Of a stretch of 64,000 bases of DNA, positions 1 to 13,400 are shown piece after piece; position 1 is the stretch's first letter; each line of letters opens with the position of its first letter. The notes beneath the pieces are model-generated. The model made no database searches. It was not told the origin of the DNA and saw only the letters and a program-made list of their open reading frames with translations. The position numbers and the translations under genes are program-made. Source of the stretch: Stegostoma tigrinum (lineage: Eukaryota); the NCBI RefSeq assembly GCF_030684315.1, contig NC_081376.1, positions 11,939,049 to 12,003,048 of the forward strand, given 5' to 3'.

Positions 1-3000
1 GAGCCATAGATGTAATAAGACAAGGCGTTGTCTGAAGTCAACATGCTGGGCGTAGAAGTTTCATAGGAAGTGATAGGATCAAGGGTGTTGTTGTATGTAT
101 AGCACAGTGTAGGGAAGACAGTTGCTAGGCGAGAGGGGTCACCTTCCAGTTTCTTTCAGGTTCCACTAACAAAGGTAGAAAGATGAAAGAATTGCATTGG
201 TCAAGCGTCTCTTATGATCTGAGAGGGTTCTAAATGTTTCACATCCACACAGAGACTTTCGAAGCGTAGTCACTGTTATCATGCAGAAAGCATTGCAACC
301 AATATGCACTGAATAAGCTCCCAAAAGCAATGCTTGATGGGCAATGAGTACTGCTGACAAGCAGCCCTCAGATGGTGAGGTTTCTAACTCAAGGACTTAA
401 ATTCTTGGAAACATCCAATTGGCAAGTTAAATACCTCATGGGCATATAGTTCCTGTAGGCTTTCCACACAGGGGCAACATAGAGTTCCCAGTGATTTTCC
501 AGAAAGAAGTTAAGAGCCCTGTTACCAACATGAAATTCTATCTGTCAACAAATACAAAGAAAGCATTTCTTTCTATAAAGTCTTTAACTTACACACCCCT
601 TTTGACAAACAGCAAATTAACATAATTGTCTGGATCACAAAGCTATTTTTAAAAGGTTAACTTGAACTCACTCTTTCTTTCAACAGTGCAAAAGCTATCA
701 TTTGAATATCTTTTTGAAATCTGAAGTAAATTCTACTCACCGTTACACTGTACAAAGCTCGTTTAGAAACAATTTAATGCAGACAAGTAACTCACTTTAT
801 TAACTACTCAGGTGCCTGTGAAACAAAATTATGATCACGTTTCTGGGAGCCGAGGCATTACTAGTGGTCTTATTTGAAGAGACATGCAAAATGTGGAATA
901 AGTTGGATTTATTTTTTGGCTTTCATAACTCAATAAAAATTTTACTTCATGCCAAAACCATTTTAAATTCTTCGTCAGGGAGTGCCTCGTTGAAGATACT
1001 GAGTGAGAGAATTCTGAACAGATGTAACCATTTATCTGCGGTTCAGTGAGAGCGATCTCTCCTCAGAATCCTGGCTGACACTTAGAATGCAGGAATGCTG
1101 CTCTCCCTCACATGCCATTCTTTTGAATGAGGCACTAAACAACAGATATCTCTTAAGTTCATTCTTGGGATATGGTAAAAACTGGTGTTTATTGCCTAGT
1201 CCTTAATTGCCCACAAGAAAATGGTGATGAATTGCATTATTAAGTATTATTGGCCAATTTAGTGTAATTAAGATTCAATCAAACTGTGGTGGACTTGGAG
1301 TCACATGTAGGCATACTGGGTAAGTTGTCAGCTTTCCTCGTCTAAAGGATTTTAGTGAACCAGATTTTTTTTGACAACAATCCAATAACTCCCTGTGACT
1401 GAATTCTATGTTATTTTGACTAAATCTGAGTTACTATGCATTTTATGGAAGGCTTCTTACTCCTAGTGAGATTTCTCTCTGTTCTGCTTTATTAACTACT
1501 ACATCACTCTTATGGCACCTCTCACATCAGATTCTAGCATTATCATAATTGACTATCTTAATGTCCCTTAGTTAGCCTTAATTAACTTAACTAATTGCCC
1601 ATTTCTGGTCAATGGGTATTCAGAATAGCTTTTATCTGTAAGAGGACATTGGGTTCACATCCAAATGCCTTCCCCTGCCAGTTTACAACCCTGTCTGCCT
1701 CCAATTCCACCTTAAAAGGATGAGTAAAATCTGGCCCCTTAAATTTAATCTCAATTATGTGACTTTTATACACCCATAGCTCTTGCAAAGAAAGGAGGGG
1801 AGTTTCCTTCATCTTTTTCATAGAGGATGAGAGAACCGTCAGGAGATCTGGGGAAATGTGTCTGTCCATGAGGACCCAGGCTACACAATGGGTTTAGATC
1901 AGCCAGCTGGTGCCAGTGACAGCTCAGCATCATTAGTTTCACCCGAAATGCCACCTGACAATGATCCTTTCAGTTACTGAGAGATTGGGAAGTTAGGAAC
2001 TGACAACGTTAGGAATATCCACTTCTGTTCTACACTGTTGGAAATGCACTTAGGGTAGTTAAGAGTACATCCAAAAGGTAGTGATGGTTTGGACACCAGG
2101 AGAACCCCAAAGGATATGTTGGCAATGCCACTTCACAAAGATCATTGAGGCTGTTTGACCAATCCTTTCCAATCATTTTCTGTTACTCCAAAAACAGTTT
2201 TCTTGCAAGTCTCTTTGTCCTTAAGGGGTGTGTTTATTTAACCCACAGTATTATTATATCTGTCAACTTCCAACTTAACAAGTTACAAAACAATGAAGGG
2301 AAAGGCCCCTGTCTCTGCGCTTCCCAGCCTGTGAAACTGTGTCATACAGGTGTGGTTAATACTCTGCATTAAAGTGCACAAAGCTGCAGTGTTGTTCTTC
2401 AGCCAGTCCGTAATTAGACTTCAGCTTTTGGCTATGTTGAAACTTGTGAACTTTATTAATGGGCTATGTGACAAACAGGGTGTATCTGCCCTCTTCAATG
2501 GGAAACCAGTACAGATAGTGACAGAACAGCTATTTATTCTTAGCAGGGGGAGAAACAGATTCTAATGAGCAAAAGATGAAATGTTTTGAGTGAAAGTTTC
2601 AAAACAAAACCATCCACCATCTGAAACTGATCCATTTTCTTTTAGAAGAATACCACCATTTATCACTCCATAGATATTTTTAATTATTTAGACATGTTTA
2701 TAACACACATAAGAAGTAATGAACTCATGCCTCTTGGTTCGGAGGTAGGGAAATTATAATTGCAGCACAACAGCCCGTCTATTGTACACAGTTCTCCTGA
2801 TCAGTAGCCTCAGTTGGCATTAACAAAGTACTATATTGTCATAACCACTGGACTAATAGATTTAACAAGGACAATTTCCTTTCCCACTGTAGTAAGCCCT
2901 AATTACATAAAGCCGCTAACCATTGGAAAGCACTCAGGAGTTGACATATATGCTGTATAATTCAGTGTATGTTTCTGGAAATCATCCTCCAATATCCCAG

Positions 3001-3289
3001 TCTCCATAACTTCTACTCCCCCAGCCCATCCCCCATTGTCCTTTATCAACTCGGTAATGTGGAAAATTGGACTTATCTGCAAAACAGCCTCACTCCAACC
3101 ATGGATTTTAAAAAAAGCTGAATGCCAGAGGTAAATTGAGAGTGACTGCTCTCTCAACATCAAGGAAGTGTGGTGTCGAGGAGCCCAGGTAAAACAACAG
3201 TCTGTGGCAGTCAGGGAGAAATCTTGGGAATTATTTTCCTACTCCTTTAAGTCCACGAGGGCAAAAAACTGTAAGTCTACTCTTAATAT

Positions 3290-4295
3290 TACTGTTTGTA
3301 TCCCTTCACCACAAGGACTACAGCAATTCAGGAAGGAAGCTGACCACCACCTTCTCAAAGGACACTGGCCCTGATTGTTGGAGGCCAATTATCTCAGCCC
3401 CAAGCATATGGCTGCAGGAATTCCTCAGGGTGATATCTTGGGCCTGTCCATCTTTGGCTAATAAATTAATGATCTTCCCTCCAAGGAATGGCCAAAAGTG
3501 ATGTATATGCAATGTTCTATGTCATTCACACTCTTCAGATACTGAAGTAGTCTATGCCTGCAAGGCTTTGAAATCATTCAGACTTGAACTGATAATTGGC
3601 ACATAACATTTACACCATATAAGTTCCAGGAAATGGCCAACTCCAGCAAGACTGAATCGAAGCACCTTCTCTTGGCATTCAGTGGCATTACGTTTACTGA
3701 ATCCCCCATCACGAACATTCTTGGCCAGAAACTAACCAACCAGTCATATAAATATGCTGGCTCCAAGAGCAGATCAAATACTGGGATTTCTGTGATGAGT
3801 AACTCTGCTCCAGTCTCCTCAAAAGCCTGTCCATCATCTACAAAACACAAGTCGGGACAGTGATGGAATAATCTCCACTTGCTTAGATGCATGCAGCTCC
3901 AACAACACTCAAGAAAATTGACACTATCCAGGTCAAAGGAACCCACTGATTAGTACCCAATCCTCCACCTTAAATATTCACTCCCTCCATCCCCAAAGAA
4001 ATGCAGTCTCTACAAGATGAAGCTCTACATCAACTCCTTCCAAGCCCACAATTTCAACCACCTAGGAGAACAAGGGCAGAGGATATAAAGGAACATCATC
4101 ACCTGTAAGTCTCCCTCAAAGTCACACACCATGCTGACTTGGAATCATATCTTCACTGACACAGGTCATAGGTTTGTTACTGCCCCTCTCTGATAGGTCT
4201 GGATGTGCACACGGACTGTACCAGTTGAAGACCATTAGCTTACCACCACATTCTCAAGGTCAGTTAGGGATAGATAATAAATACTGTCCTGGTGA
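3290..4295 (+). mobile_element. Decayed LINE (L2/CR1-group) 3' fragments; related pieces at ~31280-31610, 33600-34000, 54170-54470
   Basis: Recurring CAGCAGTTCAAGAAGG..CACCACCTTCTCAAGG..AGGGATG tail shared across copies. Confidence 0.55.
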
Positions 4296-4297
4296 GC

Positions 4298-5849
4298 ATA
4301 GCGGTGTGCCAATGAACTGGAGATGTGTAAGTGTTATGCCCTTCAAAAAAGGGTGTATGGATACACCCAGTAACTTCAGTCCAGTCTATTTGATATGGTG
4401 CGAACTCCAGCAGAAGCAATGGGAAGCATTTAGTTCCATTCTCCATGTTCAGGTTGGTGACAGCTGGGAATCCCAATACTTTCCTATTTCCACTCCCACA
4501 TCCTTTGAACAATCAAAAATAAATGACTTTACTCTTTCAGAACCCACTGTTTTCTGTTGTCTGTGTGAGGAAATTCCGAGATCTGAGAAGGCAAGTGTGC
4601 ATTGCAATGTGAATTGGCCTGAATTCACCTTAATGAGATGTATGCTTTGAATAAAGAAATTCCTAGTTTTGTAGTTACAGAGTATCAACAGAGCAGAGAA
4701 ACGAAGAGCTATGACATTGTGCTAATGTAAAGTTAGCCTTGATTGGTGAGTTATTTGCTTTGAGTGTCCTCTTCACTTGTTATTTATTTGTCTGCAGAAT
4801 ACTTGACAAGTTCTTGTCATAATCCTTTATAATCTAACTTCAGAGCCTCACATTTTATTATCTTGGAATCTCCAGCATCTGCAGTTCCCGTTATCTCTCT
4901 TCAGAGTTCTTTTTTGTTTCCCTAATTATTTTCCATATCTTTCCTAACATCTTTGTATTCCTAACTCTTCTTAATATTTTTCCTGAATGCATCATCTTTT
5001 AGTGATTTTTTTTCCTTTAACTATCTACTATATCCCTTTTATTCCAAGTCGATTTTTGTTCCTTTCTTACTCACCCACATTTCATCATTGTTTAGTGTGT
5101 ATTTTTATTTTGGCAGAATATGTTTCCTTGAAACTATATTGATCGCCATTCAAACTACTATGTGATGCTGTTTTATCTGTTGTTAACTATTTACTTCCAG
5201 TTTATTCTCTTTAGCTCCATTCCTGTTCCCTCAGAATGAAGATTTATTTCGTGCTCTTGCTTTGCTCTTTGTCTTTTTTAGAGTTATTTCAGTCATTAAT
5301 TTAAAGCTTACTACATTGTGATCACAATTGTCTGCATGGTCTCCATACTTCTACTATCTATTCTGGTATTATTACTGCATCCCACAAGTGATTGTTCAAA
5401 ATAGAATAGCAACTAACTGGAACATGGAGTCCGACAGGAAAACAATCTTAATAGCAAGAGAACATTTTGGTATAAATAACATTAATATGGAATTTTGTGA
5501 GATAGCATCAGAAATAATTACCCCGTTTGTAAATCTCACCTTGTTTGACAATGTCCTTAAAGGAAATAAACATTGATTACTTACTTAAGAGCCTCAGTTG
5601 GCAGATGTACAGGTAGACCACCTAGTGGCTTTACTACCAGGAACATAATGGGAGTGGAAATAGGAAAGTATTGGGATTCCCAGCTGTCACCAACCTGAAC
5701 ATGGAGAATGGAACTAAATGCTTCCCATTGATTCTGCTGGAGTTCGCACCATATCAAATAGACTGGACTGAAGTTACTGGGTATATCCATACACCCTTTT
5801 TTGAAGGGCATAACACTTACACAACTCCAGTTCATTGGCACACCACTAT
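4298..5849. repeat. Long inverted repeat, 201-bp arms (4298-4498 / 5649-5849) with 1.15-kb AT-rich spacer
   Basis: Arms are reverse complements with about 4 mismatches; this produces the mirrored ORFs 4174..4650/5581..5931 and 4264..4512/5671..5901. Confidence 0.92.
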
Positions 5850-7306
5850 ATCTATGGAGGATTGGAAGATTATGGCCTGTACTGTGCAATTTCCACCCTG
5901 ACTCCCTTCTGAATGCTTGGTTGCATCTCATGTGATCCTGATGAAACAGTAACCACCCAACAAGTCCTCTTTATCAATTTTAAGCCTATCCAGTGTCCCG
6001 ACTTCGTCCTCCTGCACTGTGAGTTGAACAGCATATTCTTCCTTGGTTGAACAGGACCACTAAATAATGAGTGCCTTGACAGCATTTCCTGGGACCATTT
6101 GGAAATAAAATTAAGTATTCCTATTTTCATGGTCATATTTTGAAGAAAGAAAGTTCTCATCTCAACAATATCAAGTATTTCTAGAACATATCTGGGTGGG
6201 TGACCAACTGATGCTTCTAAGTTATGGCACATATCTGGAGCGGGTGAGACTTGAACCTAGACCTTCTGGCCTTGGAGAGGGGATGGGGGTGGGGGGTGAC
6301 ACTACCAGTGCATCATGCGGGGTCTATTATGTTTGCATTTATATCGTTATTAAAAATATAATTTTGTTACTCAACAGAGCAAAATGAAATAGATCAATTG
6401 GTGCTTCATGCAATAATTTTAATAAATATATTATGCAGAACATTGCATGATAAGTCATTGAGCAGCGTAAACATATTAATAATTGCACTGAATACTTTTT
6501 AGTATAGAAAATATACAAGTATGGTGGTTGCTTGATCTAATACCATTTTATCAGCAAACGTCCTCTTTTTCACTCTTAGAGCTGTGGCTATTGAACATTT
6601 ACCAACAGTCTTTCCCGTTGGCTGCTCTTTATCATGAAGGCCATCAGTTCTATGAGTGAGGGGGCTACAGACAAAGATGCTGTTCAAATGAGAAAAATCA
6701 CAGCTCAACAAGAGATTGAAGACTGGAAGATTACTTCCCATTTGGCAAATGAGGTAAAGATCAGTGGCAGGAACTTTAAATGTGGTTTTCATTCCTCATC
6801 ACTGAAATAAACTTATGCACCATAATCGTTGTTGCACAGAGAGGAGCTAAATTAGCCCAGGCATTCAGGTTAGAACTGCAGACTCCTTCAAGAGAAACAC
6901 CCTGCGCTGATGGAGGTTCTTATCACGATCACTTGACAGGGCAACTATACATACAACTGTCAAGTATTCAAGATTTATTCCTCTCTTAATAACCAGCACA
7001 TGTTAGAAAATGACCTCAAATTACTAGTTTCAAGTAAATACAATCCGATTGGAATTTTATTCATTCCATAAAGACCCAATAAATACAAAACTGAAGAAAG
7101 ATCAGAATGCAAGATTTGCTAAGCACTAAAAGGTAACACTTTACCCATTGCTGGTGGATTGTCATTCTGATTGCGATCCAAATCAGTCCTTAAAATATTG
7201 CATTTCATACATAATCAAAACATTGCTGAGCTTAGCTTGGCTTCAGGCTAGTTAAAAATGGATCATTACAAGCAGATTTCACTTCAGTTATTCAGTTTGT
7301 TAAACC

Positions 7307-7312
7307 TTTATT
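7307..7312 (-). terminator. Candidate polyadenylation signal AATAAA of copy A
   Basis: AATAAA on the minus strand ~60 nt after the stop; a second one at 7056-7061. Confidence 0.45.
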
Positions 7313-7371
7313 GATATCGGTCCAGGAGCCCTGATCCTTTCCATTGAAACTATTGATGGTTGATGCACAAT

Positions 7372-7460
7372 TTATGGAGGGCATTGTAATGTGATTCCCA
7401 TCATTGTGATGCAAATGGAGAGCAGGAGACTGTAGCTGTTGACTGAAGCAGAACCAGACA
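7372..7460 (-). CDS. Copy A last coding exon, GPI-anchor signal (LSGSASVNSYSLLLSICITMMGITLQCPP*)
   Basis: ttttccag acceptor, small residues followed by a hydrophobic tail and TAA; homologous exons in B (45144-45232) and C (61514-61605). Confidence 0.88.
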
Positions 7461-10400
7461 CTGGAAAATGAAATGAAATGAAGAAAGTCAACAATATTCC
7501 TCTACAGGGATAGTAGGAACTACAGATGCTGGAGAATCTGAGGTAATAAGGAGTAGAGCTGGATGAAGACAGCAGGCTAAGCAGCATCAGAGGAACAGGA
7601 AGGCTGATGCTTTGGGCCTAGGCCCTCTTCAAGGGTCTAGGCCCAAAACATCGGCCTTCCCGCTTCTCTGATGCTGCTTGGCCTGCTCTGTTCATCCAGA
7701 TCCACACCTTGTTATCCCAATATTCCTCGACAGTTCCCTTTAACCTTTTGAGCCAGAGTTGGTTTTAATTTTTATTTACAGTTTCTCCCACAGAATAACT
7801 TCATTTAAAAGAGCACTTTTCAATTTTTTTTAAGCAGTACAGCACAGAAACAGACCTTTCAGTCCAATTCATCCATGCCGACCAGATATTCTACATTAAT
7901 CTACTCCCATGTGCCAGCATTTGGCCCACATCCCTCTCAACCCTTCCTGTTCATATATCCACTCAGATGCCTTTTAAATGTTTGATTTGATTTGATTTTG
8001 ATTTATTGTAGTCACATGTACCTAAGTACAGTGAAAAGCATTGTTTTGTGAGCAGTACAGGCAGAGCATAACAAACTGTACCTACAGTTCATAGGGTGCT
8101 TAGAGCAAGGCCTGCACAGGAGATGTGCAAAATAAGATCAACATTAGCAAGATCCAATGGACTTAGAATTTAGTTTTAAAAGTGCGGAACGATTATCAGA
8201 AATGTGAGAATAAGATCTGCTGTCCAGGGCTTGCAAAGAGTTGCCCGGTGTCAGCATCATCTTCATTATCATGTATTATCTTTGCATCCGCCTCCACCAC
8301 TTCCTCTCTTCTTCCAGTTGCACACTTTAAGCTCTGTTTGTCACTGGCTGCGTATCGTATTATAAGTGCGATTGGAAGTAACTGTGAACCTGTTGTCATG
8401 CCTCACTGGGGCAGCTAGGTATACAGCCCAGCTATTCCCGGAGTCATCACAAAAGTTAAAACATTTTAAAAAGTACATAGAATTCCCCAATTTACCTCTC
8501 TTTTGGACCCAGATTGACAGAAAGCATGGGCTTGTTTTTTGCACTTCACAATAATTACTATTTATTACAAATGTATAGATTCTAACTCCGGATAAACAAT
8601 TATAAACCATCGACATGTAGTTGAACTGGTTAAAATTCTAACCATTTATAGAACTCTTTCTTTATACACCGGTGTGAACAGACACTATAAACAACATCAG
8701 TGTTCCGAATGGAGGGAAAGACCAGAAACTATTCTTTGGTCCCAGTCCGTAGAGTTTGGCCAAGACGACCCTTTAGCTGATCATAGAAACACAGAAAATG
8801 GGAGCAGGAGTAGGCCATTCATTCCTTCGAGACTGCTCCACCATTCAAAACAGTCGTGGCAGATTGTCCAACTTATTATCCTGTTCCCACTTTCATACCA
8901 TACCTTTTGATCCTTTTAACCCAAAGAACTATACCTAACGCCTTGAAAACATTCAATGTTTTGGCTCGACCGCTTTCTGTGGCAGAGAATTCCACTGGCT
9001 TATCTCACTCGGGTGAAGACATTTTCTCCTATTCTCAGTCTGAAGTGGCCAACAGCATATCCTTAGACTGCAACCCCTGACTCTGGACTGCCTGATTGCC
9101 AGGAACACCCTTCCTGTGTTTACCCTGTACTGTCCTGTTAGAATTTTACGTTTTTAAGAGGTCTCTCTCATTCTTCTTGACTCCAGTAAATATAGTCCTG
9201 ACAGATCTGTCTCTGTTCAGACATCAGTCCTGCCAACCCAGTCAGTCAACTCACTCACTTCAAAGCACACTGAAGCATCTCTGCATCTTCCTCATGGTTC
9301 ACCCTCCCACCCAGCTTTGTGTTGTGTGCAAATCTGTAGATATTGCATTGAGTTTGCTCACCTAAATTATTTGTGTAATGAATAGCTGGAGCCCACGAAT
9401 TACTGCCTGCCACTCACAAAAAGACCCATGCAAGTCAGCTCTTTGTTTACTATCTCTATCTTTGCCAGCACACTACAACCCAATCCCATGCACTTTAATT
9501 TTACACATGCTAATATTTTATGTGGGACTTTATCTGAAGCATTTTGAAAGTCCAAATGGACAACATCCACTGGTTCCCTCTTATCATAGACTGAATATTA
9601 TAAGGCCTTGCGGATTTAAATGACTGCTTCTTGGTTTTTCTTCTCCAAATATTTTTGCTTGTTTACAAGAAGCACGGAGTGATTTATAAAGCTCTCTGAC
9701 TTATTGATTGAATGTCACAGCTTCTGACAACTGGAAAGGGGACATAAACTGGTTATTTTAAAGTTTGAGATGCTTTTTACTGCAGTGCAAATACAGATCT
9801 GTCACTTCCAGAGATCTGTTGCACACGGCCTGAAAATTCACAGCCCTAACCTGTTAAGCTGCCTGAGAGTCATTAACAAAGTTGTTGGCTGGCAGAAGTC
9901 CTTTGTAATTAATAACTGGTCAACATTTCACAGACTAATTAGCAATTTGTTGCCAAGTGAATTCCATTTATATGCAGCCCTCTAACTCCAGCTCATCTGT
10001 AACTAGGCTTTTCCCACTCCTTGATGAAGCAATATGTTAGCAGCACTTACGATGGGTGTCAGGTAACTTGCTTTTAAAAAAGTTTATCAATCCTCCAACA
10101 GTCCTTGGCTTTTGAACCTCTCCTTTTCCCAATTCAATCCATAATCAAAAATGCAGATAAATAAAAGATATGGTCTCTACACTGTATAGATTAAATACTT
10201 TATTAATTTTGATTCTGTATGTTTGAACAAATGTAGAAACCTCACAGTGATGCAGTTTTGTTTTCCAAAATTGCCTGACAGCACCAACCAATCCTGGCTA
10301 CAATGTTCATGTCAGGGTGCAGAACTAATGGAAAATGCTACTTACATTCCTGTAAGGCAAAGTTCCCAAGCCCAGCTGGTGATATTCCACCTCTGAGGCC

Positions 10401-13400
10401 AAGTCCCAGACTCATCACCTCAGCCACTAAGTGTGTGTTAACCCAACGCCGCACTATTTCATGATTTTCATTTTCTTTAAGGGAATTCAGGTTAATTCCA
10501 AGCAGATCTCGAATGTTCTCGGCGGTGAGTTTCTGAAAATATGAAAAAGCCACAATACAATGACAACATTGTCCTCACTCTTCCTTCCACATTCTTTCTG
10601 AAATGATTCAAGAACAATCAGGTGCATAAGCAATGTGGAAACAGAAGGTCTCACCTATTTCCTGTTAATAATGTGAGTAAGTATTTATCCCAAATGTTTT
10701 CAGATCCCTTCATCCATCAAACCAATCTAATAATACGTGTTAACAAAGTTTCTTCTTCAACATTGAGTCTTTCCATTCTGTCAACAGATTTAATTTCACT
10801 TCTGATATCACTCCCTCCAATCAACTCAAGCTGTGTAACTCTAACCAAGTGGAGCTATAAATTGTCTTTTGAATTTGAAACATCGGAGGTTTATACATGG
10901 AATCCCCACAGTGTGCAACATACCTTTGGGCCTAACAAGTCCACTCCGCTCCTCCAAAGTGCATCTCACCCAGACACATCCCCCTATCCTTTCCCTGTAA
11001 CCCTCCATTTCCCATGTCGAATCCATCTAATTTACACATCTCTAGACACTACTGGCAATTTAGCATGGCCATTCTAGCATTTAAACCTGGTTGAAGTGAG
11101 GTAAACTTCATGGTTCCCTTTCCTTCACAGCTGAGATCATGATGTTCAGATGTGGTCTCTGGTCAAGGCAAGGTCTCATAAATACAGCAGTTGTGCAGAA
11201 AGGAGGTGACCTATGGTGATTAACATGGGCTGGAGTGTATGAATTCCTGTTTCTGGGCGCTGTATCTAATATCGGGTTTCTGTGTGAGGTGTTTAAGAGC
11301 TGGATGTTGGTGCATGCCTCCACTGATACTCACTTCTACTTCCACTGGATTGAGGCGGCTGAATGTCTCAAAGTCCATGTTGATGTCGCCAGCAGCTAAA
11401 TGCTGTAAATCAGACACTTGTGCACCACCTTTTAGAGATCAGAAAGAACTATCAGCTCACTATTTCTCAACAACAATTCTTCATAAAAATAGAGTGAAAT
11501 GGAAGATTTAATTCATTCGTTTTACTAATAAACTTGCTTGGTTAAAGATGGTAATGAACTGAAAATTAATTGATGTGCATATTTTTTTTCAAATAATCAT
11601 CAAAGCAGATTGTAATATAGCTTACCAATATATGGCTTGAGTTTGTTAAAATAGGCTTTAGGATCACCAGCAAGATCCTGGAACGCAACTTTAGCGATCC
11701 CAAAAAGAATGTCTTTCTTCGCCTGGGTACATGTGGAAATATTCAGTGGTTTGGCTTTCCTGCAACAGAGTGGTAATGATTTTTTGTTAACATGAACACT
11801 TTTAGGACTTTGTTGGTCTGAGTTCTCAGTTGGTCTGAGAATTGTCATTACACTTTGTTTCATGTTATCAGCAATTGTCCATTTACAAAGTGATCCTGGG
11901 AATCAGAGGTTTTCTGGGTCACCATTAAGGCTGTTTAACTGGGAGTTTGAATATTTTCCAGGCTCTACTGAAGATAGTGGCGTCAAGTTGTGTACTTTTT
12001 CTTTTCAGTACTGTCTTTCAAATACATCTGTGCCGTAGGAACTCAAGGATCAGCTGTTTAATTTACATTGTTTTGATCAGAGCGCACTCTCTGATTTGCT
12101 GCTTGTCAGCTCGTGATAATTTCAAACTGTTTCCTTGTTTTCTCCTTCAAGTGCCTGCACTTGGATTTCATGCTGAAGCATTTTGCCAATTTACTGTGGG
12201 CAACATTGATTTTTACAGACACCAGTGGGTAAAGCACCCCATATTTATCTGTTACATCAGCTTGAGAGAATCTGACACTCACTTCAGTTCACTGGGAAGG
12301 ATGGTCCTGAGGTTCTCTTCACGCAGAGTACATAATACTGGACCACCAATGACATCCAATGCAGTGGCATTTAGTGGCCCAGATCTCTGCAGGTAATTTG
12401 CAATAATTGCTTTGGTCTAAAAAGAAAAGAACCAGTGAAAGTTGGGTTTATTAACTTTTGCTCCATGCATGGTACAAATTCACAATAGTTTCTAACTACT
12501 TATTCATTTTCTCCACTGCTATGTATAAAATCAGGGCAGCTAACTTTTGACACAGGAAAAAATATAACATTTCCTTGTTGGAAACCTGGGACAATAAAGG
12601 CTCGATAACCGAATGCATGTTCCTTCAGATGTCAATTGAGTTGCTGTACATGTAGAGAAATCTTTGCTGTCATGGTTACCACAATGGCTTTTGTCAGAAT
12701 CCATTCCAAAGATCTAATAAAAATCTTCCCTGACTGCCCCTTATTTAGCAAACCAGTGTGTATATTATTTTTTATTCATTCACTAGATGTGAACATCATT
12801 GGCCATGCCAACATTTATTGCCCATCCCTAAGTGCCCAGAGGACAGTTAAGAACACTGTGCAAGAGCTGTGTGTCTGGAGTCTAGATGGCAGTTTTCTGC
12901 ATTAAAAGGATGATAGTGATTCTGACAGGGTTTTCCTGAAAATCAACAGCAGCTTCATGGTCATCATTAGACTCCAAATTCCAGGCTTTGTTACTGAATT
13001 CAAATTCCATCATCTGCAACGGTAGGATTTGAACCCAGGTCCCCAGAACATGACCTGGGTCTTGGGATTAAGAGTCTAATGATAATACCAGTAGCCCATC
13101 ACCTCCTTTTAATCAACCATAATGGCCCAGAGTCTTTCCAGCAACATAAGACTCTGTAAGCCAGGAGCTACCCCTCACACTGTGAAGGGATTCTCCATTG
13201 CCTGCTTATCACAGACAGGGACCTGGAGTTGCAGCTGAATGGTGTGGTGGTGAACAGTGCAGTCCCTTTTCCAAACAATCCTCACAGCAGGCCCAGCCAC
13301 CAGGTCCAACCAGTCCAGAATCAAACTGCAGCCTGGGTCAGTGCTGTGTCAATTTGGAATGGAAAACAAAGGAACAGAGTGTTATTTAAATGGAGAAAAA

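Noticed and set aside
4174-5931. Pairs of near-identical ORFs on opposite strands suggesting a duplicated gene
   Set aside because: They arise from the 201-bp inverted repeat; similarity stops at the arm ends and several frames are open, with no splice or protein-family support.
8196-8616. Minus-strand ORFs in the last intron of copy A as an alternative terminal exon
   Set aside because: Weak acceptor, no counterpart in B or C, no recognisable homology.
11108-11323. 71-aa ORF repeated at 46662..46877
   Set aside because: Intronic sequence inside the A/B homogenised tract; conservation is at DNA level and needs no coding explanation.
11130-11330. Possible C/D-box snoRNA (ATGATG...CTGA) in the conserved intron segment
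   Set aside because: Boxes are on the strand opposite the host gene, the spacing is long and no terminal stem is evident.
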